Positions 25,983 through 34,644 of a stretch of DNA of 40,825 nucleotides are shown here, one piece after another. This stretch comes from Escherichia phage vB_EcoS_fKuEco01. The stretch is from sequence record MT711525.1. One strand, 5' to 3'. Made by a program: the position numbers and the translations under genes. The notes beneath the pieces are model-generated. The model was given only the letters and a program-made list of their open reading frames with translations, searched no databases and was not told the DNA's origin. Position 1 is the stretch's first letter. Each line of letters starts with the position of its first letter.

Positions 25983-28163
25983 TTACTTGGCATAACGCTT
26001 CATCTCCGCGCCTTCTGCTACAAGAGGGAACCCCTCGGCCCACTCTGGTAATTCGCACATCAATCGTTCCAGTTCTGCGACATTGTATTCTGGTAAATCT
26101 GGTGTCTCGCAGATAATCTCATCGTGAACATGAAGCACAATCGGGTAGCCGTTTGCTTCGACGTTCAGCAGTGCATTAGCCAACAAATCACGGCACAGCG
26201 CCTGAGTGCAGTTTTCCACCAGTTTACCAGAGTAGGTGTACTGGAAGCCCCACTGACGGGTTAACTGGTTTTCGCCCTGGTACTTGATGCGCACGTTGGT
26301 AGACACCTTCCCGTCTTCGTCTGTCTCTTTCGACACGCTTAACCCGACGCCAGGGTATGACATAACTCGACCAGACGGCAACGTCATACGCAACCACCAA
26401 CCGGCGACTTTGTTGCCGTTGTTGTCCGTTTCTACGTTGCGCGAAAACTTAACTCCCCGCGGCCCTGCGGTGAACTCTTTGCCCGGATTGCGGATAGCTG
26501 CCATAGCTGCGTCTTCAATATCCCGCCAGAAAGCTACTGTTTCCGGGTGTGACTCACGCCACATACGCTTGATAGCGTCGCAGGTACGCCACACTTTCTT
26601 ATCAAGAATATAAGATGGTCGGTCATCATTTTCACCTGGACGTGGTGGTCGCTTGGCTTCCTGAATACGCGCCCACTCATATCCACGTGCGGTAGCAGCC
26701 CAGATGTGGTCGGGGAAAGTCCCGTCCATTGTTTTTGCCATATCAACAAGGTCAAGGCCGAGGTTCTTGGCGAACTGTACGAATGCGCCGACACCACCCG
26801 CGTAGCCAAGTCCAAGTTCGCATGCCTTACCAATCTGGCGTAAGTCTTTACGTTCTTTCTTAATGTAATCCGGCTCCATGCCGAACATCTTGCCTGCGGT
26901 TACGCAGTAAATATCCAGCCCGGCACGGAACGTATCAAGCGCGGTTTCTTCGCCAGCCAGCCACGCCAAACCGCGGCCTTCAACGTTCGAGTAGTCGGCG
27001 ACGACAAACTTATACCCGGCTTCCGGGATAATGCAGCTGCGAACCGTAGATGCCGTTAGCTTGGCTACATCAAAACGGCGATGTGCTCGGCCCTTAAGTA
27101 ATGCTGAAATACCTTTATCCAGTTCATCATCGTGATAGTACCCACGCGCCAGGTTCTGCGGCTGGAAGCCTTTACCCGCAAATCGTAACGTACGTTTAGC
27201 TCCACCATACTGGATGCAACCGCGACGGCGGTCGTCAGACGAGCGGCCTAACAGCAGCGGGTTATATTTCGTTGATGCAGTGGATGCCGCCCCGAGGCGC
27301 ATTTCTATAATCGTGCGGGCGTCGTCCGGTAAATCATCGTCAGCAAGCAGGTCGTTAAGCGTAGACTTCTGCGCGTTGTGGATGCGATGCGCAGGCGCCA
27401 GTTCACGCAGAATCGGCAGGAAGTCCTTACCTGTAAGCGAGCCGCCGTATTTACGTTGGGCTTCTTCCTGTAACTGTGCCTTGTGTTTCTCCACAGCTTC
27501 AATTGCGGCTTCCGCCAGCGCAACGTCGACCTTAAACCCGCGGTCGTTAATTAACTGGTCCAGTTCCAGTACACGGTCTTCGAACTCGGAGTTACCCCAA
27601 CGCGGCAACTTATGGAACACTTCACGCATCGCGGTGATGTCGCTAACGGCGTACTTGATGAACAGCGCCCACTCATCCGGGTGCGTTTCAGCAGTGTAGC
27701 GGCGAATTTTGTAGTTCTTCGGCGTCGGTTTAGAGAAACGCTGAATAAGCGCTTTGCCTCGTTTGTCTTTCGCGTTGTCTGCAGACACGCCAAGCACTTC
27801 GCACAATGCGTCGAGTGAACCCGGCAGCGCGTGACGAAACGCCCAAATCATCGTATCAATGGTGTTGCTTACGGGAATATCAAAACCCCAGCAGTGCTTC
27901 ATGATGAGTCTGTCGAACATTGAGCCGTTGTGCCACACCATCTTAATACGGCTGTTTGGTTTCACCAGACGGCGTAACGCGCGGTGCAAATCACCCGGCA
28001 TGTCGCTGCCGTTGGTGCAATCCCATACCTGCACAGGCTCGTCGTCAAAAGCATATGTGCAGATTAGAACTTCGGTGGTTGGATGTTCGGCGTAAGCGTA
28101 GGAGCCGACTTTCTTCAAATCGGCTTCTGAGAATGTTTCAAAGTCTAAGAACAGGTAACTCAT
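25983..28163 (-). CDS. DNA polymerase, family A, with 3'-5' exonuclease domain
   Basis: 726 aa; exo motif DFETFS; polymerase motifs DYSNVEGR, K-x-Y-G block and HVHDEI. Confidence 0.85.
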   Translation of the reverse strand: MSYLFLDFETFSEADLKKVGSYAYAEHPTTEVLICTYAFDDEPVQVWDCTNGSDMPGDLHRALRRLVKPNSRIKMVWHNGSMFDRLIMKHCWGFDIPVSNTIDTMIWAFRHALPGSLDALCEVLGVSADNAKDKRGKALIQRFSKPTPKNYKIRRYTAETHPDEWALFIKYAVSDITAMREVFHKLPRWGNSEFEDRVLELDQLINDRGFKVDVALAEAAIEAVEKHKAQLQEEAQRKYGGSLTGKDFLPILRELAPAHRIHNAQKSTLNDLLADDDLPDDARTIIEMRLGAASTASTKYNPLLLGRSSDDRRRGCIQYGGAKRTLRFAGKGFQPQNLARGYYHDDELDKGISALLKGRAHRRFDVAKLTASTVRSCIIPEAGYKFVVADYSNVEGRGLAWLAGEETALDTFRAGLDIYCVTAGKMFGMEPDYIKKERKDLRQIGKACELGLGYAGGVGAFVQFAKNLGLDLVDMAKTMDGTFPDHIWAATARGYEWARIQEAKRPPRPGENDDRPSYILDKKVWRTCDAIKRMWRESHPETVAFWRDIEDAAMAAIRNPGKEFTAGPRGVKFSRNVETDNNGNKVAGWWLRMTLPSGRVMSYPGVGLSVSKETDEDGKVSTNVRIKYQGENQLTRQWGFQYTYSGKLVENCTQALCRDLLANALLNVEANGYPIVLHVHDEIICETPDLPEYNVAELERLMCELPEWAEGFPLVAEGAEMKRYAK

Positions 28164-28178
28164 TATTTTTGACCCTTA

Positions 28179-28203
28179 GTAAAAAGGCCCAATGAAGGGC
28201 CTT
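28179..28203 (-). terminator. hairpin with U-run between SSB-like gene and polymerase gene (attenuator-like)
   Basis: AGGCCC-N6-GGGCCT stem followed on the minus strand by TTTTT. Confidence 0.45.
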
Positions 28204-28222
28204 AGTTAAATTGATTCAGATA

Positions 28223-28849
28223 TTAGCGACGACGACGCTCGCGGCGCGGTGCTTCATCTTCTTCGTCGTCTTCCAGGTCATTTACGCTGGCAGCGACTTT
28301 AGAACCGCCAAACGCTTTGCCTTCGCCAATGTATTTAATCGCCAGCAGGTTAACGCCGAGGACTTTATATTTCTGACTGAACCAGATTTCAACGCTTACG
28401 TTAGCGACGCAGCCGCTGTAAACCTGTTCACCTTCAATCTGTTCGCCGTCTACATTGAAGTCCTGTTCTACCTGAGTCTCGCCTTTTTTAGAGGTTACAA
28501 TCAGTGGCTGTTTCTGTGCCTTCGCCTTGAAGTAGAAGCCTTCCGGGAAGTCTTCAAACGGATTGTCGCGCTCGGCAATGTCTTTAATCGCACATTTATC
28601 CATGTGCTTACCTTCGCCGTAGTTGGACTTCATCCACTTCTCAGCGGCAGCTGCGCCCAACGCTTCTTCAACCACAGCGTAAACGGTGTCGTAGAGCGCG
28701 TCGATTTGTGCGTGGTCAGACGGCAGGATGATAGTCGCGCTGTACTGGCCTTTAGTGATTGAGCCATCATCGTTTTCACGGTCTTTTTCGCGTTCGAATA
28801 CGTTAACCCATGCAGTGTTTACTTTACGCAGATTCAGTTTAATACCCAT
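28223..28849 (-). CDS. putative ssDNA-binding protein (DUF2815-like) with acidic C-terminal tail
   Basis: 208 aa; C-terminal DDEEDE tail; position next to polymerase. Confidence 0.45.
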   Translation of the reverse strand: MGIKLNLRKVNTAWVNVFEREKDRENDDGSITKGQYSATIILPSDHAQIDALYDTVYAVVEEALGAAAAEKWMKSNYGEGKHMDKCAIKDIAERDNPFEDFPEGFYFKAKAQKQPLIVTSKKGETQVEQDFNVDGEQIEGEQVYSGCVANVSVEIWFSQKYKVLGVNLLAIKYIGEGKAFGGSKVAASVNDLEDDEEDEAPRRERRRR

Positions 28850-28902
28850 CGTGATTTCTCGCTTTTCAGTTTACTCCGGGAACTGCCCGGCCAGTGATTA
28901 GA

Positions 28903-28931
28903 ACTATAATAGCTAACTATTCAGGTGTCAA
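28903..28931 (-). promoter_or_regulatory. sigma70 promoter TTGACA-17-TATAGT with GAATAGTTAGCTAT in spacer
   Basis: consensus -35 and near-consensus -10 read on the minus strand. Confidence 0.6.
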
Positions 28932-28935
28932 CACT

Positions 28936-30201
28936 TTATTCCAAATCTTCTTCACTAACCTGATTCCACTCAGGACGTTTGTCGTCTGCCGTTGCGAGAC
29001 ATGGTGCGCCTGGCTTACGGGTAATAAACGGCTCAAGCGCTGCCATCTCATCCGCCGAAAGAACTTTTGCTGCCTCCGTAGGGGTCATCAATACCTCTTT
29101 TTTGAGAATGTCGCCGTGTGACACTTCAATCGCATCGGCATCTTTCCACGCACGGCTGCCCATCTTACCTTCAACCAGCTTGTACCCAGGAACTTTCTTA
29201 CCGGAATGCAATGCGGCGGTCATCGCTTTCTCAACCTTGTCGATGTGCTGGCGTAACAGCGGCAACTTCTCATACTCAACTACGAGTTGCTCCGTCGTCA
29301 GTTCCAGCACAAAGTCGTCTTCAAGTTCTTCCGCCAGTACAGAATTAACCGTCTTTGTACGCGCGGCACACTGTTCAGAGAACCGGCACCACTGGCAACC
29401 ATCTACTGACGGCTTAAAGTCTGACGCTTTCAGGTTCTTCTTACCGCGGAAATATGCATCAAGTGCTAACAGTGCTCGTTTTTGTGCGAACTTAGCGAAC
29501 AGTTCCAGGCCTTCAACCGAGATATCCCACTCCGACGCACCCCCAGCGTACGGCTGGAAGATGACCAGGCGCACTGCTGTGATGTTATAACGTCTCTTGA
29601 GTCGGCGATAAACACCGAGAGCGTAAAGCATAAGCTGCTTGTTTTCTTTCGCTTCAACACGATGCCGTCCAGTTTTAAGGTCGCCAATAATGAGCATGTG
29701 CTCGTCGGTGTTCGCCAGTTCCTGGACAGCAACGAGGTCAGCCGTTCCGAACGTCTCGACACCTTCATACCCAGGATGCAATACCTCAGTAAGATTGACT
29801 CGCATTTCCAGCTTGGCGTAAGTCGCTACGTCGATAATCGCTTTGCAGTAGTCGGTGTACTTGCGCACCTGCTCGATCATGTCCGCCGTAATCAGTACCG
29901 CGCCTTTCATCGGGCTGATTAGCGCCTTAATCTGGCCTTTACCCTCATCCAGCACATAAGCGCCAACTTCACGCTCTAATGGCAGAGCAGTGCCTTTGAT
30001 GTACTGGTTAAGATGCATCTCGGCTATGGTGTGCATAGCTGTGCCTAATACCGCGGCTTTACCGGACGTGTTAGGAATATCTTTTTCACAGGCCAGAGAA
30101 GCCGGGCAGGTTAGCCACTTTTTAGCGCCTGACGGTGATAGTAAGGCGTGTACATCGTTATTGCCGCCGCGTTCCTTTAAAATCATACCCTGCTCTCCCA
30201 C
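28936..30201 (-). CDS. PD-(D/E)XK nuclease, Cas4/RecB-like, with cysteine cluster
   Basis: IIGDLKTG-type nuclease motif; N-terminal CPASLAC and C-terminal CQWCRFSEQC cysteines; probable ATG start at 30186. Confidence 0.55.
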   Translation of the reverse strand: MGEQGMILKERGGNNDVHALLSPSGAKKWLTCPASLACEKDIPNTSGKAAVLGTAMHTIAEMHLNQYIKGTALPLEREVGAYVLDEGKGQIKALISPMKGAVLITADMIEQVRKYTDYCKAIIDVATYAKLEMRVNLTEVLHPGYEGVETFGTADLVAVQELANTDEHMLIIGDLKTGRHRVEAKENKQLMLYALGVYRRLKRRYNITAVRLVIFQPYAGGASEWDISVEGLELFAKFAQKRALLALDAYFRGKKNLKASDFKPSVDGCQWCRFSEQCAARTKTVNSVLAEELEDDFVLELTTEQLVVEYEKLPLLRQHIDKVEKAMTAALHSGKKVPGYKLVEGKMGSRAWKDADAIEVSHGDILKKEVLMTPTEAAKVLSADEMAALEPFITRKPGAPCLATADDKRPEWNQVSEEDLE

Positions 30202-30455
30202 TGGTCAATTAAATGTCGTGTCTTATGGTCGCAGTGCATAGCCCAGCCATACATCGACTCGAAGACGTAAAAGTCCGGTTTGGCGAAAGTCGTGCGCTTA
30301 ATCTGCGACACGTGGCGGCCTATATCTTTAGGCCGTGGTACTTTGCCTAAGTACGCCATCTCTTCCATCTGGTGTGCCCCGGACGGCGCACGCAATAACC
30401 ATAGCGCATCTGTGTTATCCCGCCTGTCCACGGCGCGGTAGAGTTGGTAAATCAT
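30183..30455 (-). CDS. hypothetical protein
   Basis: 90-aa ORF. Confidence 0.45.
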   Translation of the reverse strand: MIYQLYRAVDRRDNTDALWLLRAPSGAHQMEEMAYLGKVPRPKDIGRHVSQIKRTTFAKPDFYVFESMYGWAMHCDHKTRHLIDQWESRV

Positions 30456-30498
30456 AATCCCGACCCTCAGTTAAAGCGGCCCGAAGGCCGCGGGATAG

Positions 30499-30969
30499 TT
30501 ATTCTTCTTCGAAATACTTGTTCTTGATTGCTGTCAGGCGCTCCAGATACTCAGCCAGGTCTTCGTCTTTAATCGCTGCAATCTTCATCTTCTTACCGGT
30601 AAACTCTTCCAGCAGTTCGTCAGAATCGTCGCACGCGGCATCGCTTGGGCCTTCGTTAATCGCATCGTCGATAGCCTGAATCTGGTCGCGCAGAGACTGG
30701 TAATCGACTTCTTCTTTCTCTTCTTCCGGCTCTGGCGTTGGCTCCTCTACTTTAGCTTTACGCGGCTTGCGCTTCGGCTTCTCTTCTTCTGCTGGTTTAG
30801 TGTCAATGGTGTCTTCACCTTCTACCGGGATTTCTTTCGTTACTTCTTTCACAACAGTAGGCTCTATTGTTGCAGTTTCGGCAACGACAACTTGTTTCGC
30901 ACTGTTCGCAGCAATCAGTTCATGTGCAACTACGAAACGTTCCAGTAATACTAAGAATTTCTCTAACAT
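30499..30969 (-). CDS. highly acidic protein of unknown function
   Basis: 156 aa, Glu/Asp-rich with a short basic patch; first gene after promoter 31001-31030. Confidence 0.5.
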   Translation of the reverse strand: MLEKFLVLLERFVVAHELIAANSAKQVVVAETATIEPTVVKEVTKEIPVEGEDTIDTKPAEEEKPKRKPRKAKVEEPTPEPEEEKEEVDYQSLRDQIQAIDDAINEGPSDAACDDSDELLEEFTGKKMKIAAIKDEDLAEYLERLTAIKNKYFEEE

Positions 30970-31000
30970 TTGTTTCTCTCCTCTCGTTTGGTATGGGCTA

Positions 31001-31030
31001 ACTATAATAGCTAACTATTCATGTTGTCAA
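31001..31030 (-). promoter_or_regulatory. sigma70 promoter TTGACA-18-TATAGT with GAATAGTTAGCTAT in spacer
   Basis: consensus hexamers; divergent from the HTH gene at 31095. Confidence 0.6.
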
Positions 31031-31094
31031 TGGGCTTTTCTAAAATAATTAATATGGTACTATTCACATATCAACTGACTAAGGAGTAATTGGC

Positions 31095-31310
31095 ATGCAA
31101 CCATCTGAACTAGGTATCCGTGTAGAGCAACGCCGTAAAGAACTCGGTATCTCCCAGCGCCATCTGGCTGTCCTGGCCGGTGTTTCCCAAGGCGCGATTA
31201 ACCAGCTGGCACTTGGGGTAACTCAGGACGTCCGCCCAGCGACGCTGTTTAAACTGGCGGAAGTGCTGCAAGTAGACGCCAAGTGGCTGGCGTTGGGTGA
31301 AGGGGCTTAA
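31095..31310 (+). CDS. XRE-family helix-turn-helix transcriptional regulator (Cro/CI-like)
   Basis: 71 aa; ISQRHLAVLAGVSQGAINQL HTH; AGGAG RBS; transcribed divergently from the replication genes. Confidence 0.7.
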   Translation: MQPSELGIRVEQRRKELGISQRHLAVLAGVSQGAINQLALGVTQDVRPATLFKLAEVLQVDAKWLALGEGA

Positions 31311-31326
31311 CGCCCTTTATTTTTAC

Positions 31327-33588
31327 CTATTCCAAATCCTCCTCTGTCACTGTCAGCATTTCATTCGGTTCGTATATCGTCTTCGGAATCTTGTTGTCGT
31401 TTATGCCCCACGGCAGCCGGTACTGCTTAGGTATGGGCCTGTTGTTGTTATCCAGACCCGAGACGATAATCCCGGCCTCATGCATCTCTTCCAGTTTCTT
31501 TCGAAGGTCGTTATTAGCGTTAATCGGTACGCCGTAACTATCTTCTTTCGCCGCTTTGACGATAGCTGACATAGAGAACCCTCGCTTGTCGTCGCCTTGC
31601 TCCTGCAATTTACCTAATGCGTAAATAACCGTAGCCTCTTTGGAATCCAGTTTCTCGAACTGGCCTACCTTTTCTTTAACGGCTTCCTTCTGTTCGTCAG
31701 TCATACCTTCTACTTTCTTCACAAAGACAGAGAAGGCGTTGAAGTTGACAAAGACATCAATATGCGGATTTCCCGCGTCAAAATCGCGCACATCATCACT
31801 GCTATACCCTTCCGGAAGCCCCATGAAGTTGTGAGTTGGTTCTTTCTTTTCCGGCGGCTCCGCTATCTGAATCTTCTGTATTACGAATCCTCTGGCTTTC
31901 TGCCGTTCTCCATTTCGGTTCTTTATGTGATACAGGTTTATCTCTAAGTTATTGTCGTTGTCTGGTTTATGCAGGAACATCCCGTTATCGATGGAGTTGT
32001 GAAAATCACTTCCACCCTTCGGCATCATGCCGTTTTCAGACGGAACAGTTTCGTCGATGTTTTTAGTCGGGTGCACCATAGCGCCTACCGCAGCGTTAAG
32101 CGTCGACGCTATTTCGTTAAGCGCCTGCGCCGCTTCTTTCATAGACCGGTTGTCGTTCTCGTCGAAGCCCGGTATGCAAGTTTGTAGAGTATCAAACGTA
32201 ACCTTTACAATTTTCTCTTCACCGGCGACACGGCGCATCATTCTCACCGCCTGGCGACGCCATGCTTCGTCGAGGAGGTTACACCCATCTGCAACACAAT
32301 CGATAATGTGTAAGCGGTCGAGGCTATCGCCAAGTGCAATCTGCAAAGATTTTTTATGTCTCTCGAACGACTGCGCACCTTCGCCCGCGAAGATAAATGC
32401 GTGACCTTCTGCGACCTCAGCACCACCGAACGCATATCTTTTTTCGGCGGCGATAGCAGCGTCAATCGCCATACTAAATGTTGACTTACCAGTGTGGGAC
32501 TTTGCGCAAATGTAGAACGATTCGTTGGTCTGCATAAGGCCGTCTACTACGGGGTAAGCAGGTTCTTTTTCTACTTCCGGCTCGTCTTCGAGGTCTTCAA
32601 GCGTACAAGTTACAGGCTCCTCGTTCTCTGTGCGGTGCAGTTCTTCAATCTCTTCGTCCGGTAAGTCAGGCAAAGCCGCACGAATGCTGTTAATACTGAT
32701 AGGTTGCTTGTCTACGTTAAGCTCGTCGGGCAGGCCGCACATACGCAAGGCCAAATGTTGCCGACGGTTAAGCTCGGTACAAGCGCCGTTGTTTGTGTGC
32801 TGGCACACGAAGCGCACCTCTTTACCGTCAAGCATGATGCTGGTGGAGCCTTTGCCTGTATGCAGATGTTCGTTCGGACATGGCACTTCATACCCTCGGC
32901 CGGAAGATAAAGCGTCAAGGCCCAGCTCGGCTTCGCAGAAATGAGCTATATCTGCGTTAAGCCCGTGCTCATCGGCGGCAAGTGTCTTAGCCTCGCGTTT
33001 ACGCAGCCCCATCTCTTCGGCTTTCTTGATGTACCGCTCCGCACGGATAACACGCCCTTCTGTAACCGTTATCTTAGACTCTTTATGCGGCAGGTAGATG
33101 AGGCGGTTGCCGTCTTCCGTGCAGTGGTCGCGCAGCGATTCATCTATTTCTAACTCGGCACAAATAGCACGTTGCACCATCCACGCGTCGTTAGAGTTAA
33201 ACGGCGTGCGAGCTGGAACCAGAACGCGGAATGCGTAATCCCCGTTTTTACACGCGTGCTGGTGTGACGCCGTTGTATGCAGAATGTTGAAGAACGGCGC
33301 ATTCTTAAATTTGCGTGTCAGGTTGCGGTACTGAGTACGGTTGAGATGGTCAAAGTCGAACTTAACCACACTGTCTTCCAGAATCGCGTTCTTACGGCGA
33401 CCACCAACAGGTGCGATAGCTTTCTGTTTAATCTTGGCGGCGTCGTACTCTTCCTTAGTCCACGACGGGTCCACGGATAAACGCTTCGATGTATCACAGA
33501 CATACTCCACAAACTGCTCCAGCGGCATTTCACGCGCTACAGGGTTTTTATCGAATGTGTTACGCAGCGTCGCAAAAACAATATTCAT
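31327..33588 (-). CDS. primase-helicase
   Basis: 753 aa; Cys/His zinc-binding segment; P-loop AKSHTGKST. Confidence 0.65.
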   Translation of the reverse strand: MNIVFATLRNTFDKNPVAREMPLEQFVEYVCDTSKRLSVDPSWTKEEYDAAKIKQKAIAPVGGRRKNAILEDSVVKFDFDHLNRTQYRNLTRKFKNAPFFNILHTTASHQHACKNGDYAFRVLVPARTPFNSNDAWMVQRAICAELEIDESLRDHCTEDGNRLIYLPHKESKITVTEGRVIRAERYIKKAEEMGLRKREAKTLAADEHGLNADIAHFCEAELGLDALSSGRGYEVPCPNEHLHTGKGSTSIMLDGKEVRFVCQHTNNGACTELNRRQHLALRMCGLPDELNVDKQPISINSIRAALPDLPDEEIEELHRTENEEPVTCTLEDLEDEPEVEKEPAYPVVDGLMQTNESFYICAKSHTGKSTFSMAIDAAIAAEKRYAFGGAEVAEGHAFIFAGEGAQSFERHKKSLQIALGDSLDRLHIIDCVADGCNLLDEAWRRQAVRMMRRVAGEEKIVKVTFDTLQTCIPGFDENDNRSMKEAAQALNEIASTLNAAVGAMVHPTKNIDETVPSENGMMPKGGSDFHNSIDNGMFLHKPDNDNNLEINLYHIKNRNGERQKARGFVIQKIQIAEPPEKKEPTHNFMGLPEGYSSDDVRDFDAGNPHIDVFVNFNAFSVFVKKVEGMTDEQKEAVKEKVGQFEKLDSKEATVIYALGKLQEQGDDKRGFSMSAIVKAAKEDSYGVPINANNDLRKKLEEMHEAGIIVSGLDNNNRPIPKQYRLPWGINDNKIPKTIYEPNEMLTVTEEDLE

Positions 33589-33713
33589 TTCTTTTTCTCC
33601 GCACGTTCTAAGGCTTCCTGCATACGGCGCATTGCGCGGTTCATCTTTACTGGTGCGAAGAAATCAGCGCCGTGTTTCTGGCGGCGTAGCTGTGGAACTA
33701 TTAACTTCGTCAT
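33585..33713 (-). CDS. small basic protein
   Basis: 42-aa ORF whose stop overlaps the primase start (ATGA). Confidence 0.3.
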   Translation of the reverse strand: MTKLIVPQLRRQKHGADFFAPVKMNRAMRRMQEALERAEKKK

Positions 33714-33763
33714 TGTATAATCCTTGTGCTTACTTTGATGATTTATGCTTCGGCCCCGACGTT

Positions 33764-33997
33764 CTAGCGTTGGGGTTTCTTTTGTCTACGCACCGCATTA
33801 ACCCACTCTCCTTCGCTACGGTAAAAACTGCAATCAAGGATATCCTCTATAGAAAATTTAACTATTTTAGTGGGTCCACAAAAGTTATAAGGGAAAAGTT
33901 CTACATAACACCCATCGTCGGTTATATTTGACGCAATCTTGAAATAATATTTAATGCTGCCGTCTTCGCGGAAGCTACAACCCATACGCCCAATCAT
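33764..33997 (-). CDS. hypothetical protein (AT-rich gene)
   Basis: 77-aa ORF with lower GC than its neighbours. Confidence 0.4.
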   Translation of the reverse strand: MIGRMGCSFREDGSIKYYFKIASNITDDGCYVELFPYNFCGPTKIVKFSIEDILDCSFYRSEGEWVNAVRRQKKPQR

Positions 33998-34176
33998 TTC
34001 ACGTTCTCCTTAATCCATGCTTCAACTTTATTACGGTCAAATGTTCCAGGCAAACGGCGACCCATAACCTTAATACAACAATCCGGGAATTTACCACTGC
34101 GTAACCAGTTATTAATTGTCTGACGTGTCACCCCAATACGCTCGGCTACTTCATTCTGGGTCATGTAATGTTGCAT
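33994..34176 (-). CDS. small HTH DNA-binding protein (AlpA/excisionase-like fold)
   Basis: ATG 34176 preceded by AGGAG; MTQNEVAERIGVTRQTINNW motif; track ORF extends to GTG 34248. Confidence 0.55.
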   Translation of the reverse strand: MQHYMTQNEVAERIGVTRQTINNWLRSGKFPDCCIKVMGRRLPGTFDRNKVEAWIKENVK

Positions 34177-34207
34177 TTTTAAATCTCCTGTTTGTTTGGT
34201 GAAGCCA

Positions 34208-34236
34208 AGTATAGGATAGCGGGAATGTAAAAGCAA
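34208..34236 (-). promoter_or_regulatory. promoter TTGCTT-17-TATACT for the HTH gene
   Basis: hexamers read on the minus strand; divergent from the promoter at 34284. Confidence 0.4.
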
Positions 34237-34283
34237 CCAAAACACCACACAAAGTTACTAAGATGCAAAAGATGCTACTGGTA

Positions 34284-34312
34284 TTGACTTTTACTGAGAA
34301 ATATGGTAAGCT
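34284..34312 (+). promoter_or_regulatory. sigma70-type promoter (TTGACT-17 bp-TGgTAAGCT)
   Basis: same architecture and -10 as the promoter at 4420-4448. Confidence 0.6.
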
Positions 34313-34315
34313 CGT

Positions 34316-34428
34316 CCTGAGCTTGTGAAGTATGAACAAGCGACCGCGGTGCGCGGCAGGCGAAACGAGCACGTCTCGACGTGTGGAGTGAGTCTCGCTG
34401 ACGCATTCGGAAGGGCCAAAGTCTATTG
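34316..34428 (+). ncRNA. conserved promoter-proximal RNA element, copy 2
   Basis: shares conserved 5' and 3' blocks with 4452-4562; central segment differs. Confidence 0.5.
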
Positions 34429-34499
34429 TAATTCCCGCCTAATTATCTAAGTTACTGATTTGCCGTAGGTTAGAACCGCCAGCTCACTCACTCACTCTT

Positions 34500-34530
34500 G
34501 GTGCCTTCGGCACCACGTTCGTTTCGTTTC
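34500..34530 (+). terminator. terminator-like hairpin GGTGCC-UUCG-GCACC with U-rich tail
   Basis: tetraloop hairpin followed by acgttcgtttcgtttcg. Confidence 0.4.
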
Positions 34531-34581
34531 GCTCGCTACCCCCTTAAACGAAAGAATCACAACGGCAACGTAACTAATCTC

Positions 34582-34610
34582 TTGCACACCCCAACATAAT
34601 AGGATACTAT
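34582..34610 (+). promoter_or_regulatory. early-type promoter TTGCAC-17-TACTAT with conserved leader
   Basis: near-identical unit at 35875-35903 and, on the minus strand, 12652-12680. Confidence 0.55.
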
Positions 34611-34644
34611 TCACTTATCGAAACGAGACAGAGGAGTGAGGGTT

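Noticed and set aside
28211-29590. Plus-strand ORFs of 183 and 203 aa antisense to the SSB-like and Cas4-like genes
   Set aside because: Opposite strand to genes with clear motifs and promoters; translations are low-complexity.
30471-30492. Minus-strand terminator hairpin after the acidic protein gene
   Set aside because: A 6-bp GC stem is present but the downstream U-tract is weak (TTTAACT); not reported as a feature.
31095-34176. Lysogeny module (repressor plus excisionase implying a temperate phage)
   Set aside because: Two HTH proteins are present but no integrase, attP or recombinase was found; the HTH genes are better explained as transcriptional timing regulators. The unsequenced remainder cannot be excluded.
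34483-34497. (CTCA)n microsatellite ctcactcactcactc
   Set aside because: Very short, fewer than four units, in an intergenic leader; no evidence of function beyond chance.
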